Source: an uncultured bacterium (GTDB taxonomy: Bacteria; Cyanobacteriota; Cyanobacteriia; Cyanobacteriales; Cyanobacteriaceae). From it: a DNA stretch of 43,772 bases. Positions within the stretch are counted from its first letter, which is position 1. Every line of letters begins with the position of its first letter. Made by a program: the position numbers and the translations under genes. Positions 8,004 to 18,085 of this stretch are shown here, in pieces. The notes below the pieces were generated by a model, which was given only the letters and a program-made list of their open reading frames with translations, had not been told where the DNA came from and ran no database searches. The stretch lies in contig CAZWLZ010000001.1 in assembly GCA_964634505.1 (NCBI GenBank), positions 1-43,772 on the forward strand, in the 5' to 3' direction.

Positions 8004-8253
8004 TAAAAAGTAAGTTTAAGTGAAAAAAATTTTTTATAGCTATAGTCTAAAGTGTTTAATTATTATAGGTTGGGTTAAAGCATTAAACCCAACAAAAACC
8101 GAGACAAAACAAAATAATCAAAATAACTTTTTATCCTAATCATACTATAGCAATAGACAAATTAATTAAAACAAATATCATATTCAATTTTTTATCAACT
8201 TATGAAAATTTTTCACCAAAAAATTAGTATTTTCAATTATTAAAATAAAATCT

Positions 8254-9858
8254 ATGTTTGAATCAGAAAAATTACTTTTTACTCCTGTTAAATCGGAAGA
8301 AAATAGTATTAAAATAGTTTTCGCTTTTCCTAATACTTATAGTGTCGGAATTACTAGCCTAGGTTATCAAATTATATGGGCAAATTTAGCCCAAAGAAAA
8401 GATGTAGAAGTTGCTCGTCTTTTTACTGATATTTATGAAAATTTACCTAAAAATCCAGATTTAATTGGGTTTTCTTTTTCTTGGGAATTAGACTATATAA
8501 ATATCTTAAATTTATTAGATTTTTTACAGATTCCTTTTAATACTAAAGACCGAGAAAATTATCACCCTTTAGTATTCGGAGGAGGCCCTGTTTTGACTGC
8601 TAATCCTGAACCTTTTGCTAATTTTTTTGATGTCATTTTATTGGGTGATGGTGAAAATTTACTTGATAGTTTTATTAATAATTATCAACAAGTAAAACAA
8701 GAAAATCGTGAAATAAAATTACTTCATCTTGCTACAATTTCTGGCATTTATATACCTAGTTTATATGAGGTTAATTATCATGATTTAGAGAGTGAAATTA
8801 AATCAATTTTACCTATTAACAAAAATGTTCCGATTGAAGTAGAAAAACAAACTTATCGAGGTAATATTTTGTCTGCTTCTACCGTTGTTACAGACAAGGC
8901 AGCCTGGGAAAATATTTATATGGTAGAAGTGGTTAGAAGTTGCCCTGAAATGTGCCGTTTTTGTTTGGCAAGTTATCTTACTTTACCTTTTCGTAGTGCT
9001 AATTTAGAAACTTCTTTAATACCTGCTATTGAGAAGGGTTTAAAAGTAACAAATAGGCTAGGATTATTGGGTGCTTCTGTTACTCAACATCCAGAATTTG
9101 AGTCTTTATTAGATTACTTAAATCAAGAAAAATATGCTGATTTACGATTAAGTATTGCTTCTGTGCGCACTAATACTGTCACGGAAAAATTGGCTACCAT
9201 TTTAACGAAAAGAAACACCAAATCTATTACTATTGCTGTCGAAAGTGGTTCAGAAATTTTAAGAAATGTTATTAATAAAAAGTTGAAAAATGAGGAGATT
9301 ATAACTGCGGTTATTAATGCTAAAAATGGCGGTTTAAAAAGTATTAAATTTTATGGCATGGTTGGTATTCCTACTGAAAATGACGCTGATTTAGAGGCAA
9401 CTATTCTGATGTTAGAAACTCTTAAAAAAGTTGCCCCTTCATTACGTTTTACCTTCGGTTGTAGTACATTTGTCCCTAAAGCTCATACCCCTTTTCAATG
9501 GTTTGGAGTTAATAAAGAATCTCAGAGGCGACTTAAATTTTTTCAAAAACAATTAGGCAAAAAAGGGGTAGATTTTCGTCCCGAAAGTTATAATTGGTCA
9601 GTTATACAGGCTTTAATATCTCGTGGCGATCGCCGAATAAGTAAAATATTAGAATTAACAAGAAATTATGGAGATACTTTAGGTAGTTTTAGAAGAGCAT
9701 TTAAAGAATTAAAAGGACAATTACCAGATTTAGATTACTATGTGTATAGTCATTGGAAAACGAGTCAAATTTTACCTTGGGAACATTTAAAAACAGTGTT
9801 AAATAAAGAGACTTTAATTAAACATTTATTTGAAGCAATTCCAGATCACAAATTATAA
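8254..9858 (+). CDS. Radical SAM protein with an N-terminal B12-binding-like domain (uncharacterised cyanobacterial family)
   Basis: CxxxCxxC cluster motif SCPEMCRFCLASY. N-terminal Rossmann-like region (IVFAFPNTY...VILLGDGE). Length 534 aa. Confidence 0.85.
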   Translation: MFESEKLLFTPVKSEENSIKIVFAFPNTYSVGITSLGYQIIWANLAQRKDVEVARLFTDIYENLPKNPDLIGFSFSWELDYINILNLLDFLQIPFNTKDRENYHPLVFGGGPVLTANPEPFANFFDVILLGDGENLLDSFINNYQQVKQENREIKLLHLATISGIYIPSLYEVNYHDLESEIKSILPINKNVPIEVEKQTYRGNILSASTVVTDKAAWENIYMVEVVRSCPEMCRFCLASYLTLPFRSANLETSLIPAIEKGLKVTNRLGLLGASVTQHPEFESLLDYLNQEKYADLRLSIASVRTNTVTEKLATILTKRNTKSITIAVESGSEILRNVINKKLKNEEIITAVINAKNGGLKSIKFYGMVGIPTENDADLEATILMLETLKKVAPSLRFTFGCSTFVPKAHTPFQWFGVNKESQRRLKFFQKQLGKKGVDFRPESYNWSVIQALISRGDRRISKILELTRNYGDTLGSFRRAFKELKGQLPDLDYYVYSHWKTSQILPWEHLKTVLNKETLIKHLFEAIPDHKL

Positions 9859-9899
9859 TTTATTATTAATTTTTAAACCAATAAATAACCAAAAATAAG

Positions 9900-10571
9900 A
9901 TGATTAAAAATAAAATAAAAGACTTAATTCCTAGTTATATTTTAAAAGGAATTAAAGAGGCAAAATGGGAAAAATTGCAACAAAAAAAATTAGCAAAAGG
10001 CAGAAAACAAGCTGAGATTTTACTTGCTAAAAATGAACCAATAAAAATAGATTTAGGTTCGGGAAATAGAAGAGGAGAAAATGGCTGGACAACTGTTGAT
10101 ATATGTGATATATGCGATCTGTATTGGAACATTTTTTTACCGTTACCACTACCAGATAATAGCGTTAGTCAAATTTATTCTTCTCATGTTTTAGAACATT
10201 TTTATTATCAAGATAGTTTGAAAATAGTTAAAGAATGTTATCGCCTTTTAAAACCGCAAGGAATCTTAAAAATTTGTGTACCTAATGCCAAAATATATAT
10301 TAATAGTTATTATGAACAAAAAACGGATCAATTAGGAATAGAAGAAAATACAAAAAATACAATTTATTTTGATAAAACTGATACTGATATTGACTACTTA
10401 AATTATATGGCATATATGGGCGGTGAACATAAATATATGTTTGATGAAAATAACCTTTTAGCTATGTTGAAAAAAGCTGGTTTTTCTGAAGTTCAACCAT
10501 CAATATTTGATCCAGAAATTGATCATAAATATAGGCAAAAAGAGTCTATTTATGCGATCGCCATTAAGTAA
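9900..10571 (+). CDS. Class I SAM-dependent methyltransferase
   Basis: Motif I IDLGSG, then YSSHVLEHF and LLKPQGILKICVPN, typical of Methyltransf_11/23-type enzymes. It lies 41 nt downstream of the radical SAM gene. Confidence 0.75.
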   Translation: MIKNKIKDLIPSYILKGIKEAKWEKLQQKKLAKGRKQAEILLAKNEPIKIDLGSGNRRGENGWTTVDICDICDLYWNIFLPLPLPDNSVSQIYSSHVLEHFYYQDSLKIVKECYRLLKPQGILKICVPNAKIYINSYYEQKTDQLGIEENTKNTIYFDKTDTDIDYLNYMAYMGGEHKYMFDENNLLAMLKKAGFSEVQPSIFDPEIDHKYRQKESIYAIAIK

Positions 10572-10699
10572 ACATTAGGATAAATTCTTATTCTGCTAAA
10601 AATTAACCTATAATGATACATCTAAATCACAATTGTATAGACAAAAATCAATAATAAAAAGTTAATAAATTTAAATTATACTATATCAAAATAAAAATT

Positions 10700-12355
10700 A
10701 TGAGTAATCCATTTCGTGAACTTCAACAAGTATTTAACTCTTTTGGAAAACAATTCACTACGGAAATTAGTGCAGAAATTCAAAAATCTTTACAAGAATG
10801 GTTAAACACTCATGAATCTAAAGTCATTGAACGAAAAAAACTTAAACCCTCTAATGGTACGATGATGCAATGGTTTCATTGGTATTTACCCCCTGATGGC
10901 ACTCATTGGCAAAATTTGACAAAAGAAGCTAAAAATCTTGCTGAAGCGGGTATTACTGCCCTTTGGTTACCTCCAGCTTGTAAAGGCGGAAGCGGTGGTT
11001 ATGATGTAGGTTACGGAGTTTATGATTTATTTGATCTAGGAGAATTTGATCAAAAAGGCTCTATTCGGACGAAATACGGTACTAAAAATGAGTATGTAGC
11101 TGCTATTAAAAGCTGCAAAGAGAGAGAAATTGATATTTATGCTGATGTGGTTTTTAACCATAAAATGGCTGCTGATTATGAAGAAGAATTTGACGCCATT
11201 CCCTTTGATAATCAAAATCGCAATCATGCTTTAGGAGAATCTCGTAAAATTAAATCTTGGACAGGTTTCGATTTTAAGGGAAGAGGCGACAAGTATTCTA
11301 GCATGAAATGGCATTCTTGGCATTTTGATGCCGTTGATTTTAATAGTTATGAGCCGGATTTTAAAGCAGTGTGGCGGAGAAGTGAAAAAATCTTTGATAC
11401 TAAAGTTGATCTTGAAAAAGGCAATTATGATTATTTAATGGGTTGTGATTTGGATATTGATCATCCAGAAGTGCGAGGAGAATTAAAGTATTGGGGTGAA
11501 TGGATGTTAGATGAATTTGGGATAGATGGTTTTCGATTTGATGCGATTAAACACATTAATGGTGATTTTTTTCCCGATTGGATTGACCATTTAGAAGATC
11601 ATGTCAAAAGCCATATTTTTTGTGTAGGGGAGTATTGGAGTTATGATTTGAGTGCCTTAAGTTGGTATATTGGTAATGCTGGAGGGCAAGTTAATTTATT
11701 TGATGCACCTTTACATTATAATTTCCATCAAGCAAGTAAAGCTGGTAATAGTTATGATATGCGTTCAATTTTAGATGGTACATTAATGAAGCATTTACCT
11801 TTATTTGCCGTCACTTTAGTTGATAATCACGATACCCAACCTCTACAATCATTAGAATCTTTGGTGGAATCTTGGTTTAAACCTTTAGCTTATGCAATTA
11901 TTTTATTACGAGCTGAGGGTTATCCTTGTATTTTTTATGCTGATTATTATGGTGCTCATTATATTGATAAAGGGAAGGATGGTAATGAGTACGAGATTTG
12001 GATGGATTCTCATCAAGAAATTATCGATCGCCTTTTAGTTGCCCGTCAATATTTTGCCTATGGATTACAATACGATTATTTTGATCATTCTAATACGATA
12101 GGATGGACTCGTCTTGGCAATAAAGATTATCCCAACGCCATGGCTGTTATTCTTACTAATGGTGATGGTGGCACGAAATGGATGGAGGTAGGTAAAGCTA
12201 ACACTCTATTTTATGATATTACTGGTAATATTAATGAACCGATTAAAACCAATCAAGATGGTTGGGCAGAATTTCGCTGTAATGGAGGTTCGGTTTCGGT
12301 TTGGCTTGAAAAAGATGAAAATTTACCCGCTTTAGCTAAATTTTTACAATTTTAA
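10700..12355 (+). CDS. amyA: Alpha-amylase, GH13 (E. coli AmyA / Bacillus Termamyl-like), apparently cytoplasmic
   Basis: NGTMMQWFHWY, YDLFDLGEFDQKGSIRTKYGTK, DVVFNHK, GIDGFRFDAIKHI, CVGEYW and LVDNHDTQP are the GH13 conserved regions with the catalytic D/E/D. There is no signal peptide, and there is a ~50-aa N-terminal extension. Confidence 0.9.
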   Translation: MSNPFRELQQVFNSFGKQFTTEISAEIQKSLQEWLNTHESKVIERKKLKPSNGTMMQWFHWYLPPDGTHWQNLTKEAKNLAEAGITALWLPPACKGGSGGYDVGYGVYDLFDLGEFDQKGSIRTKYGTKNEYVAAIKSCKEREIDIYADVVFNHKMAADYEEEFDAIPFDNQNRNHALGESRKIKSWTGFDFKGRGDKYSSMKWHSWHFDAVDFNSYEPDFKAVWRRSEKIFDTKVDLEKGNYDYLMGCDLDIDHPEVRGELKYWGEWMLDEFGIDGFRFDAIKHINGDFFPDWIDHLEDHVKSHIFCVGEYWSYDLSALSWYIGNAGGQVNLFDAPLHYNFHQASKAGNSYDMRSILDGTLMKHLPLFAVTLVDNHDTQPLQSLESLVESWFKPLAYAIILLRAEGYPCIFYADYYGAHYIDKGKDGNEYEIWMDSHQEIIDRLLVARQYFAYGLQYDYFDHSNTIGWTRLGNKDYPNAMAVILTNGDGGTKWMEVGKANTLFYDITGNINEPIKTNQDGWAEFRCNGGSVSVWLEKDENLPALAKFLQF

Positions 12356-12399
12356 TCTTATGCCCCCTTTTTTAGAAGGTTAGGGGGATAAAATTCAAA

Positions 12400-13284
12400 T
12401 TAAAATCCAAAAACTATTCCTATTAATAAAACAAATCCTAAAAAAACATTTTGCTTAAAAATTTCTCCATAAACAGAAGTTTCTAGTTCCTTTTCTCTTA
12501 AACAAATATATTGAATCATCCAGCCTAAAGTGGCGATCGCCCATGAAATGCCAAAAATAAGGTTTAAGTGCATTACCATGCCTAAATAAGCAAATAACCC
12601 CGTAGTCAGAGCAAAAAATAACCCTATAGCATCAGCCGTATAATCCCCAAAGAAAATAGCACTAGAATTGATCCCTATTTTTAAATCATCTTCCCTATCA
12701 GCCATAGCGTAAACCGTATCAAACCCTAAAGTCCAAGTAACAGTGGCTGCCCATAAAACCCAAGTATTAAAATTAAGACTACCCGTCAAGGCACTCCAAC
12801 TAATTAACACGGCAAAACCCCAAGCCAAAGATAAAATTAATTGAGGAATAGGGAAAACCCTTTTTGCTAAGGGATAACAGACGATTACAGGCACAGAAGC
12901 CACACAAAGCCAAAAAGTTAAAGTATTAAGATAAAAAGCTAATTCAGCCGCACAAAGTAAGGCAATAAAAACTACTACTAAGCCTACTTTCACTGATAAA
13001 TCACGAGAAGCTAGAGGACGATTTTTTGTTCTTTCTACTTTTCGATCGATGTCTCTATCCCATAAATCATTGATAACACAACCAGCCCCACTGGTTGCTA
13101 AACTACCAATTACAATTATTCCAATTAAAAGTAAAGGCGGTTTTCCTTCTCCTGCTAAAAATAAAGCCCATAAAGCTGGAATCATTAAAATTAAGCGGCC
13201 AGCCGGTTTATCCCATCGCAATAATCGGATAATTTTACTAATAAGAGATTCTGATTCTGTATTTATTTTTAATGGACTAACCAT
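12400..13284 (-). CDS. ubiA: 4-hydroxybenzoate polyprenyl (solanesyl) transferase, UbiA family (plastoquinone branch in cyanobacteria)
   Basis: NDLWDRDIDRKVERTKNRPLASR (NDxxDxxxD motif), a second Asp-rich motif YAMADREDD, and about 8 TM helices. Confidence 0.88.
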   Translation of the reverse strand: MVSPLKINTESESLISKIIRLLRWDKPAGRLILMIPALWALFLAGEGKPPLLLIGIIVIGSLATSGAGCVINDLWDRDIDRKVERTKNRPLASRDLSVKVGLVVVFIALLCAAELAFYLNTLTFWLCVASVPVIVCYPLAKRVFPIPQLILSLAWGFAVLISWSALTGSLNFNTWVLWAATVTWTLGFDTVYAMADREDDLKIGINSSAIFFGDYTADAIGLFFALTTGLFAYLGMVMHLNLIFGISWAIATLGWMIQYICLREKELETSVYGEIFKQNVFLGFVLLIGIVFGF

Positions 13285-13333
13285 AAATTTATTATTGATG
13301 AATTAGTAAAAATGGAGAATAGATAAAAAGAAA

Positions 13334-13669
13334 TTAATTATCAATGATTTCCGTATCAACACTGGCGATCGCCTTTTCAAAATTCATTCTTTGTTCGGCA
13401 TTACGCAAAAAATAACCACTCATCATAGCAGAAGCAAGTAATTTTCCTAAATTTTCTCGATTAGTATTAATGACAACCCCAAAATTTTCTGGGGGTAAAT
13501 GTCCTAGTAAACCCGTGATATTTTTTTCCATCACTTGAAATACTTCTTGAGATTGAGGCTTAGATAATTGGGAAATCGTATCTGGACTTAAAGATTGAAG
13601 ATACTCTAAAAATAAATTATCATTGCCATTCCCTTCAAAAAAATTTGATTGATTCGATGATTGATTCAT
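13334..13669 (-). CDS. Small conserved hypothetical protein (possibly DUF760; unverified)
   Basis: 111-aa ORF with coding-like composition. LEYLQSLSPDTISQLSKP...VMEKNITGLLGHLP resembles the cyanobacterial/plastid DUF760 family, from memory. Confidence 0.5.
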   Translation of the reverse strand: MNQSSNQSNFFEGNGNDNLFLEYLQSLSPDTISQLSKPQSQEVFQVMEKNITGLLGHLPPENFGVVINTNRENLGKLLASAMMSGYFLRNAEQRMNFEKAIASVDTEIIDN

Positions 13670-13864
13670 GATTTTTCCTCCGTAATCAATTTTGATCTAA
13701 ATTCCAAAATTTAATTATTAACAGTTTGTTTTTAACTAATATAACCATATTAAAACAATTTTTCGGTAGTTAAAACCGAACTAAAAAGTAGCAAAAGGTG
13801 AATAGTCTCGAAAAAGTTAATAATTTAGATTGACGATAATTTAGCTATAAACTCATAGAATTTA

Positions 13865-14794
13865 TCATATTTGAGACCTTAACCAAGCGATAGGTAAATA
13901 AAGCATTTTATTTTTTGAGGGTACAAAAGCCCTTTTATTAAAAACATCATATTGATTTTTTTCAATAACATCAAGAATACCTTGATATAACATTAAAGCA
14001 GACCATACAGGCCAACGACAATCTGGATTTAGTGAACTAATGCCCTTCTCAGCCGATTGGTAATATTTTCTAGCCCGTTGAATTTGAAAATCCATTAATT
14101 TACACCATCTCTCATTAATTACACCGTTTAACAGTTCTTTTTCTGAGTAATTAAAAGATTTTAAATCTTCTAAAGGTAAATAAATTCGTCCTCTTTGGGC
14201 ATCTTCTCCCACGTCTCTTAAAATGTTCGTTAATTGATTTGCTAAACCTAAGGCGATCGCCTCTTCCTGTGAATTATAGACTAGATTATCTTGATCCCAA
14301 GGGGTTTTAACTAAATTCTGTTCAAAGCCCAACACCGCAGAGGACATCAATCCTACCGTGCCGGCTACTCGATAACAATAAAGTTTCAAATCATCAAAAG
14401 TTTCATAACGATTACGATATAAATCCATTCTCTGACCGGCAATCATATCTCTAAAAGGCTGAATATCCATAGGAAAGCGTTTTAAAGTATCAACTAAAGC
14501 CACATCAGGATCATCAATAGCTTGTCCATCAAAAACACATTCTAACTGTTTTTCCCATAAATCAAGGGTTTCAGGCGTAGTTAATCTAGCTTGAGCGCCA
14601 TCTACTAATTCATCAGTACGACGACACCAAACATAGATAGCCCAAATAGCAGTGCGTTTTTCTTTAGGCATTAACAAAGTACCCAAATAAAAAGTTTTAG
14701 AATACTTTGCTGTAATTTGACGACAGTATTCATAAGCCTCTTCTAAAGAGACTAACGGTTGTTTCGGTTGTAAGGTTTTAGGCAGTTGCAGCAT
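13865..14794 (-). CDS. crtB: Phytoene synthase
   Basis: YCRQITAKYSKTFYLGT, WCRRTDELVDG (first Asp-rich motif), YCYRVAGTVGLM, LRDVGEDAQRGRIYLP (second Asp-rich motif). Confidence 0.93.
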   Translation of the reverse strand: MLQLPKTLQPKQPLVSLEEAYEYCRQITAKYSKTFYLGTLLMPKEKRTAIWAIYVWCRRTDELVDGAQARLTTPETLDLWEKQLECVFDGQAIDDPDVALVDTLKRFPMDIQPFRDMIAGQRMDLYRNRYETFDDLKLYCYRVAGTVGLMSSAVLGFEQNLVKTPWDQDNLVYNSQEEAIALGLANQLTNILRDVGEDAQRGRIYLPLEDLKSFNYSEKELLNGVINERWCKLMDFQIQRARKYYQSAEKGISSLNPDCRWPVWSALMLYQGILDVIEKNQYDVFNKRAFVPSKNKMLYLPIAWLRSQI

Positions 14795-14956
14795 TCATCG
14801 CAGCAGAAATAGTTTTCTAGTTTAAAATAAAATTAACAATAATAGCAATTTTTTTATATTGTCTCATTTAATGGTTATTTTTTGTTAAGCAATAATTAAC
14901 TAAAATTACAGTTTGGATAACTATAACATTGATATTTTATTTTTAGGTGATTTTTT

Positions 14957-16330
14957 TTAATCTAAAGTTCGACAAGCAACACATTGAGTTAATCTTTGTT
15001 GCAATGATTTTAAAGGTAATTTATCTAACATTTCCCCCGCAAAAGCATCTAATAATAAATGACGAGCATCATATTCATTTAAGCCTCGACTACGCAAATA
15101 AAAGATTTCATCGGCTTCTAGTTGACTAACGGTAGCACCATGAGAACATTTAACATTATCGGCGGTAATTTGTAACTCTGGTTTTGTATTAATTCTCGCT
15201 TTTGATGATAACAATAAATTCCGATTTAGTTGAGAAGCATTAGTTAATTGGGCATTTTTTGGCACATAAATTTTACCATTAAAAACTCCTCTCGCACTAT
15301 CATCTAAAATATATTTATGTAATTGCTTAATTGTGCCATGAGGTTGGCTTAAATTAACGATGCTATGGGTATCAGCAAATTGTTTACCTTGTACCATAGT
15401 AAAACCATTTAAGGTTGTTTCTGTTTGGATTCCTTGTTGTTGAATGTGCAAGTTATGGCGATAAAATTTACCACCTAAACTAATTTCATTAATCGTATAA
15501 TTACTATTTGCCATCTGATTTACAGAGGTTTTAGCTATGTGAAAACCGTCTCCTGATTCTCTCTGAATACGACTATGATTTATGGTTGTATTATCTTGTA
15601 AATAAATTTCCGTTACTACATTATTAAAATAGTATTGTTGCCGAGCAGAATCTGAACAACCTTTTGTTACTGCGCCGTAATATTCTACTATATTTAAGTT
15701 AGAATTGTCTTCTGCTATTATTAAAATTCGAGGTTGTGAAAAACTATTATATTTATTTCTTACCGTTAAATTTAATAGATGAATAGGAGTTTTAAATTCT
15801 ATATTTTTTTCGGCATAAATTATTGCATAGTCATTAATTCCAGCACTATTAAGATTAGTAAAAAACTCATTTTCTGGTTGATTATTTATTAAGAATTTAC
15901 TAATTTTTTCGTTCAAAAATTGAGGTAACTTACTTAAGTTACCGACATAAATTCCTTGAGGAATTGAACTAATATCAGATAATTCTGGTGCATAAATTCC
16001 GTTAACAAAAACTAGGCGAGTATTAATTGCTTCTGGAAGGATAAAACCGTTTAAGGTAAAGTCATCAATGGTTTCTTTGTTTGCTATGGATAAATCTTGT
16101 GTTTGTAATTCTGATAAGTCCGTAAAACGCCAATCTTCCTGTTTTGTATCAGGAAAATTAGTAGTAACTACATTATTTGCTGTTTTGTGACGAATATTTT
16201 TAATTAATTCGCCGATTTTACCCTCCACAAGATAAGGTTGATTTTCTGCTTGTTGTAATAAATTTGCTTTAAAATTATTATCTTTTATATTAATATTTAA
16301 AGGCTTAAAAGTGGCAATCGTATTTGTCAT
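14957..16330 (-). CDS. sufD: Fe-S cluster assembly protein SufD
   Basis: 457 aa with a beta-helix-type repeat region and the conserved C-terminus NRNLLLS..ARINTKPELQI.ADNVKCSHGATVSQL..DEIFYLRSRGL. It lies next to sufC. Confidence 0.9.
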   Translation of the reverse strand: MTNTIATFKPLNINIKDNNFKANLLQQAENQPYLVEGKIGELIKNIRHKTANNVVTTNFPDTKQEDWRFTDLSELQTQDLSIANKETIDDFTLNGFILPEAINTRLVFVNGIYAPELSDISSIPQGIYVGNLSKLPQFLNEKISKFLINNQPENEFFTNLNSAGINDYAIIYAEKNIEFKTPIHLLNLTVRNKYNSFSQPRILIIAEDNSNLNIVEYYGAVTKGCSDSARQQYYFNNVVTEIYLQDNTTINHSRIQRESGDGFHIAKTSVNQMANSNYTINEISLGGKFYRHNLHIQQQGIQTETTLNGFTMVQGKQFADTHSIVNLSQPHGTIKQLHKYILDDSARGVFNGKIYVPKNAQLTNASQLNRNLLLSSKARINTKPELQITADNVKCSHGATVSQLEADEIFYLRSRGLNEYDARHLLLDAFAGEMLDKLPLKSLQQRLTQCVACRTLD

Positions 16331-16510
16331 TTTTTTTACTAAAATTTATAATAAAATTTACATATATAAATATCTTGAGATAATTAATAATTTTGAAAAA
16401 TTGATAATAAGTAATCTCAAATTGATTAAAAAAAATAAAAGTAAGTATTAATTATAATATTATTTGATTAATTAAATAAGGACTATTAAAATATCAATTA
16501 CTTAAAATTA

Positions 16511-17281
16511 TTAATTATTAACTAATTCTTTTTCTTCTAAAAATTCATAACCTTTAGCTTCTAATTCTAAAGCTAATTCTTTGTCACCACTTAAAACAAT
16601 TTTGCCATCATACATAACATGAACAAAATCTGGTTGAATATAATCAAGCAAGCGTTGATAATGAGTTATAAGTAAAAAAGCGTTATTTTCGGTGCGTAAT
16701 TGATTAACCCCTTCCGACACAATACGCAAAGCATCAATATCTAAACCCGAATCGATTTCGTCTAAAATGCCTAAAGTTGGCTGAAGTAAAGCCATTTGTA
16801 AAATTTCGTTACGTTTTTTTTCACCACCAGAAAAACCTTCATTTAAACTTCGTTCTAAAAAAGAAGGATTCATCTTGACAATTTCCAACTTTTCTTGTAC
16901 CAAATCCTCAAAATCAAAAATATCTATTTCCTCTAAACCTTGATATTTTTGACGGGCATTATAGGCAACTCGCAAAAAATCTAAATTACTTACTCCGGGT
17001 ATTTCTAAAGGATATTGAAAGGCTAAGAAGATACCTTTTAAAGCTCTCTGATCTGGCTCTAATTCGAGAATATTCTCCCCTTGATAAAGGATTTCGCCTC
17101 CCGTCACCTCATAATCAGGATGCCCTGTTAAAACCTTAGAAAAAGTGCTTTTCCCTGAACCATTACGCCCCATGATAGCATGAATTTCTCCGGCTTTTAT
17201 TTCCAAATTAACTCCTTTTAAAATAGGGTTGCCTTCGACATTAGCAGTTAAATTACGAATAGATAATATAGTTTCACTCAT
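16511..17281 (-). CDS. sufC: Fe-S cluster assembly ATPase SufC
   Basis: Walker [13 protein letters not shown] signature [11 protein letters not shown], Walker [22 protein letters not shown]. Length 256 aa. Confidence 0.95.
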   Translation of the reverse strand: MSETILSIRNLTANVEGNPILKGVNLEIKAGEIHAIMGRNGSGKSTFSKVLTGHPDYEVTGGEILYQGENILELEPDQRALKGIFLAFQYPLEIPGVSNLDFLRVAYNARQKYQGLEEIDIFDFEDLVQEKLEIVKMNPSFLERSLNEGFSGGEKKRNEILQMALLQPTLGILDEIDSGLDIDALRIVSEGVNQLRTENNAFLLITHYQRLLDYIQPDFVHVMYDGKIVLSGDKELALELEAKGYEFLEEKELVNN

Positions 17282-17368
17282 TATTATAAATAGATATTTC
17301 TTTAGTTTTTCAATATTCCTTTAATGTATTATGGCAATTGATGGTTAATTTAGCAACAAAATTGTTGT

Positions 17369-18085
17369 TTAAGTCTTAATTTGAACTTTCCCCATACAAT
17401 GTAATTCTTGAGAGGATAGATTTATTTGATCTAATTCCACTTGATCACCTAAATCAACGGTAAAATTATTTAAAATAAAATTGTCTATCGTTGGTATTCC
17501 TTCGATATAAACTGGATTTAGTAATAAAGTATGCGGGTTTTCTAGTGCTAATCCACATTTGATAATTAATTTTGTTTGGCTATTTTCTGAATCAACAAAA
17601 TTACCAATTAAATTAAATTTTTGATTAGCTATGGTTAATTTTTCCCATTTTATTTGATTATTTTCTAAGATAAAATCACCATTATTTTTGTTATTTACAC
17701 TTAGAAAAAGATTAACTAAATCTGTTAAACCTTGAGATAATAAATCAGAGTTTAAAGAGTTATTTAAGTCTTGTTCTGTCGTTTTTAATTCACCATTTAC
17801 AAAAATTGGTTGTAATAGTTTTAAGGATTTTCCTCTTACTATTTCTCCGATATTAATAGCGATATTCTCTGTTTGAATTAATACTTTTCTAACATAAATA
17901 CCTTGATAAATTGCTGAATTTGTATCTAAAAAAACTTGATTTATTTTTCCTTTTAATAGTTGATTATCAGTAGCTGAAATTTTTATTTTTAAATCATCGA
18001 CATGATCTAATTGTGATTTTAACCAAAGTTTTAAAGCTGGATTTAAGATATTGCTAATAATTTCAGTTTTTGCTTTAAATTTCAT
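17369..18085 (-). CDS. DUF2993 (LmeA-like) family protein, hypothetical
   Basis: From the internal ATG (complement of 18083-18085) the protein starts MKFKAKTEIISNILNPALKLWLKSQLDHVDDLKIKI...GKINQVFLD...YQGIYV, which resembles cyanobacterial DUF2993 proteins. The track's longer ORF (to 18202) adds 39 non-conserved-looking residues. Confidence 0.55.
   Translation of the reverse strand: MKFKAKTEIISNILNPALKLWLKSQLDHVDDLKIKISATDNQLLKGKINQVFLDTNSAIYQGIYVRKVLIQTENIAINIGEIVRGKSLKLLQPIFVNGELKTTEQDLNNSLNSDLLSQGLTDLVNLFLSVNNKNNGDFILENNQIKWEKLTIANQKFNLIGNFVDSENSQTKLIIKCGLALENPHTLLLNPVYIEGIPTIDNFILNNFTVDLGDQVELDQINLSSQELHCMGKVQIKT

Noticed and set aside
8069-8093. GTTGGGTT-(9 nt)-AACCCAAC hairpin between divergent ung and the radical SAM gene
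   Set aside because: It lies in a divergent promoter region, so it is not a terminator. The short stem has no recognisable operator or riboswitch features.
9935-10132. 65-aa ORF antisense to the methyltransferase gene (mirror 33641..33838)
   Set aside because: It is embedded in a better-supported CDS and has a hydrophobic low-complexity translation.
11036-11227. 63-aa ORF antisense to the alpha-amylase gene (mirror 32546..32737)
   Set aside because: It lies inside the GH13 catalytic-domain coding region on the opposite strand.
12363-12387. CCCCCT...AGGGGG hairpin between convergent amyA and ubiA as a bidirectional terminator (mirror 31386..31410)
   Set aside because: It has only a 6-bp stem with a 13-nt loop and no U-tract following on either strand. 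It is plausible but not supportable as a called feature.
13049-13306. 85-aa ORF antisense to ubiA (mirror 30467..30724)
   Set aside because: It overlaps the conserved NDxxDxxxD region of ubiA and has no independent support.
14947-15129. 60-aa ORF antisense to the 3' end of sufD (mirror 28644..28826)
   Set aside because: It overlaps the most conserved part of SufD on the other strand.
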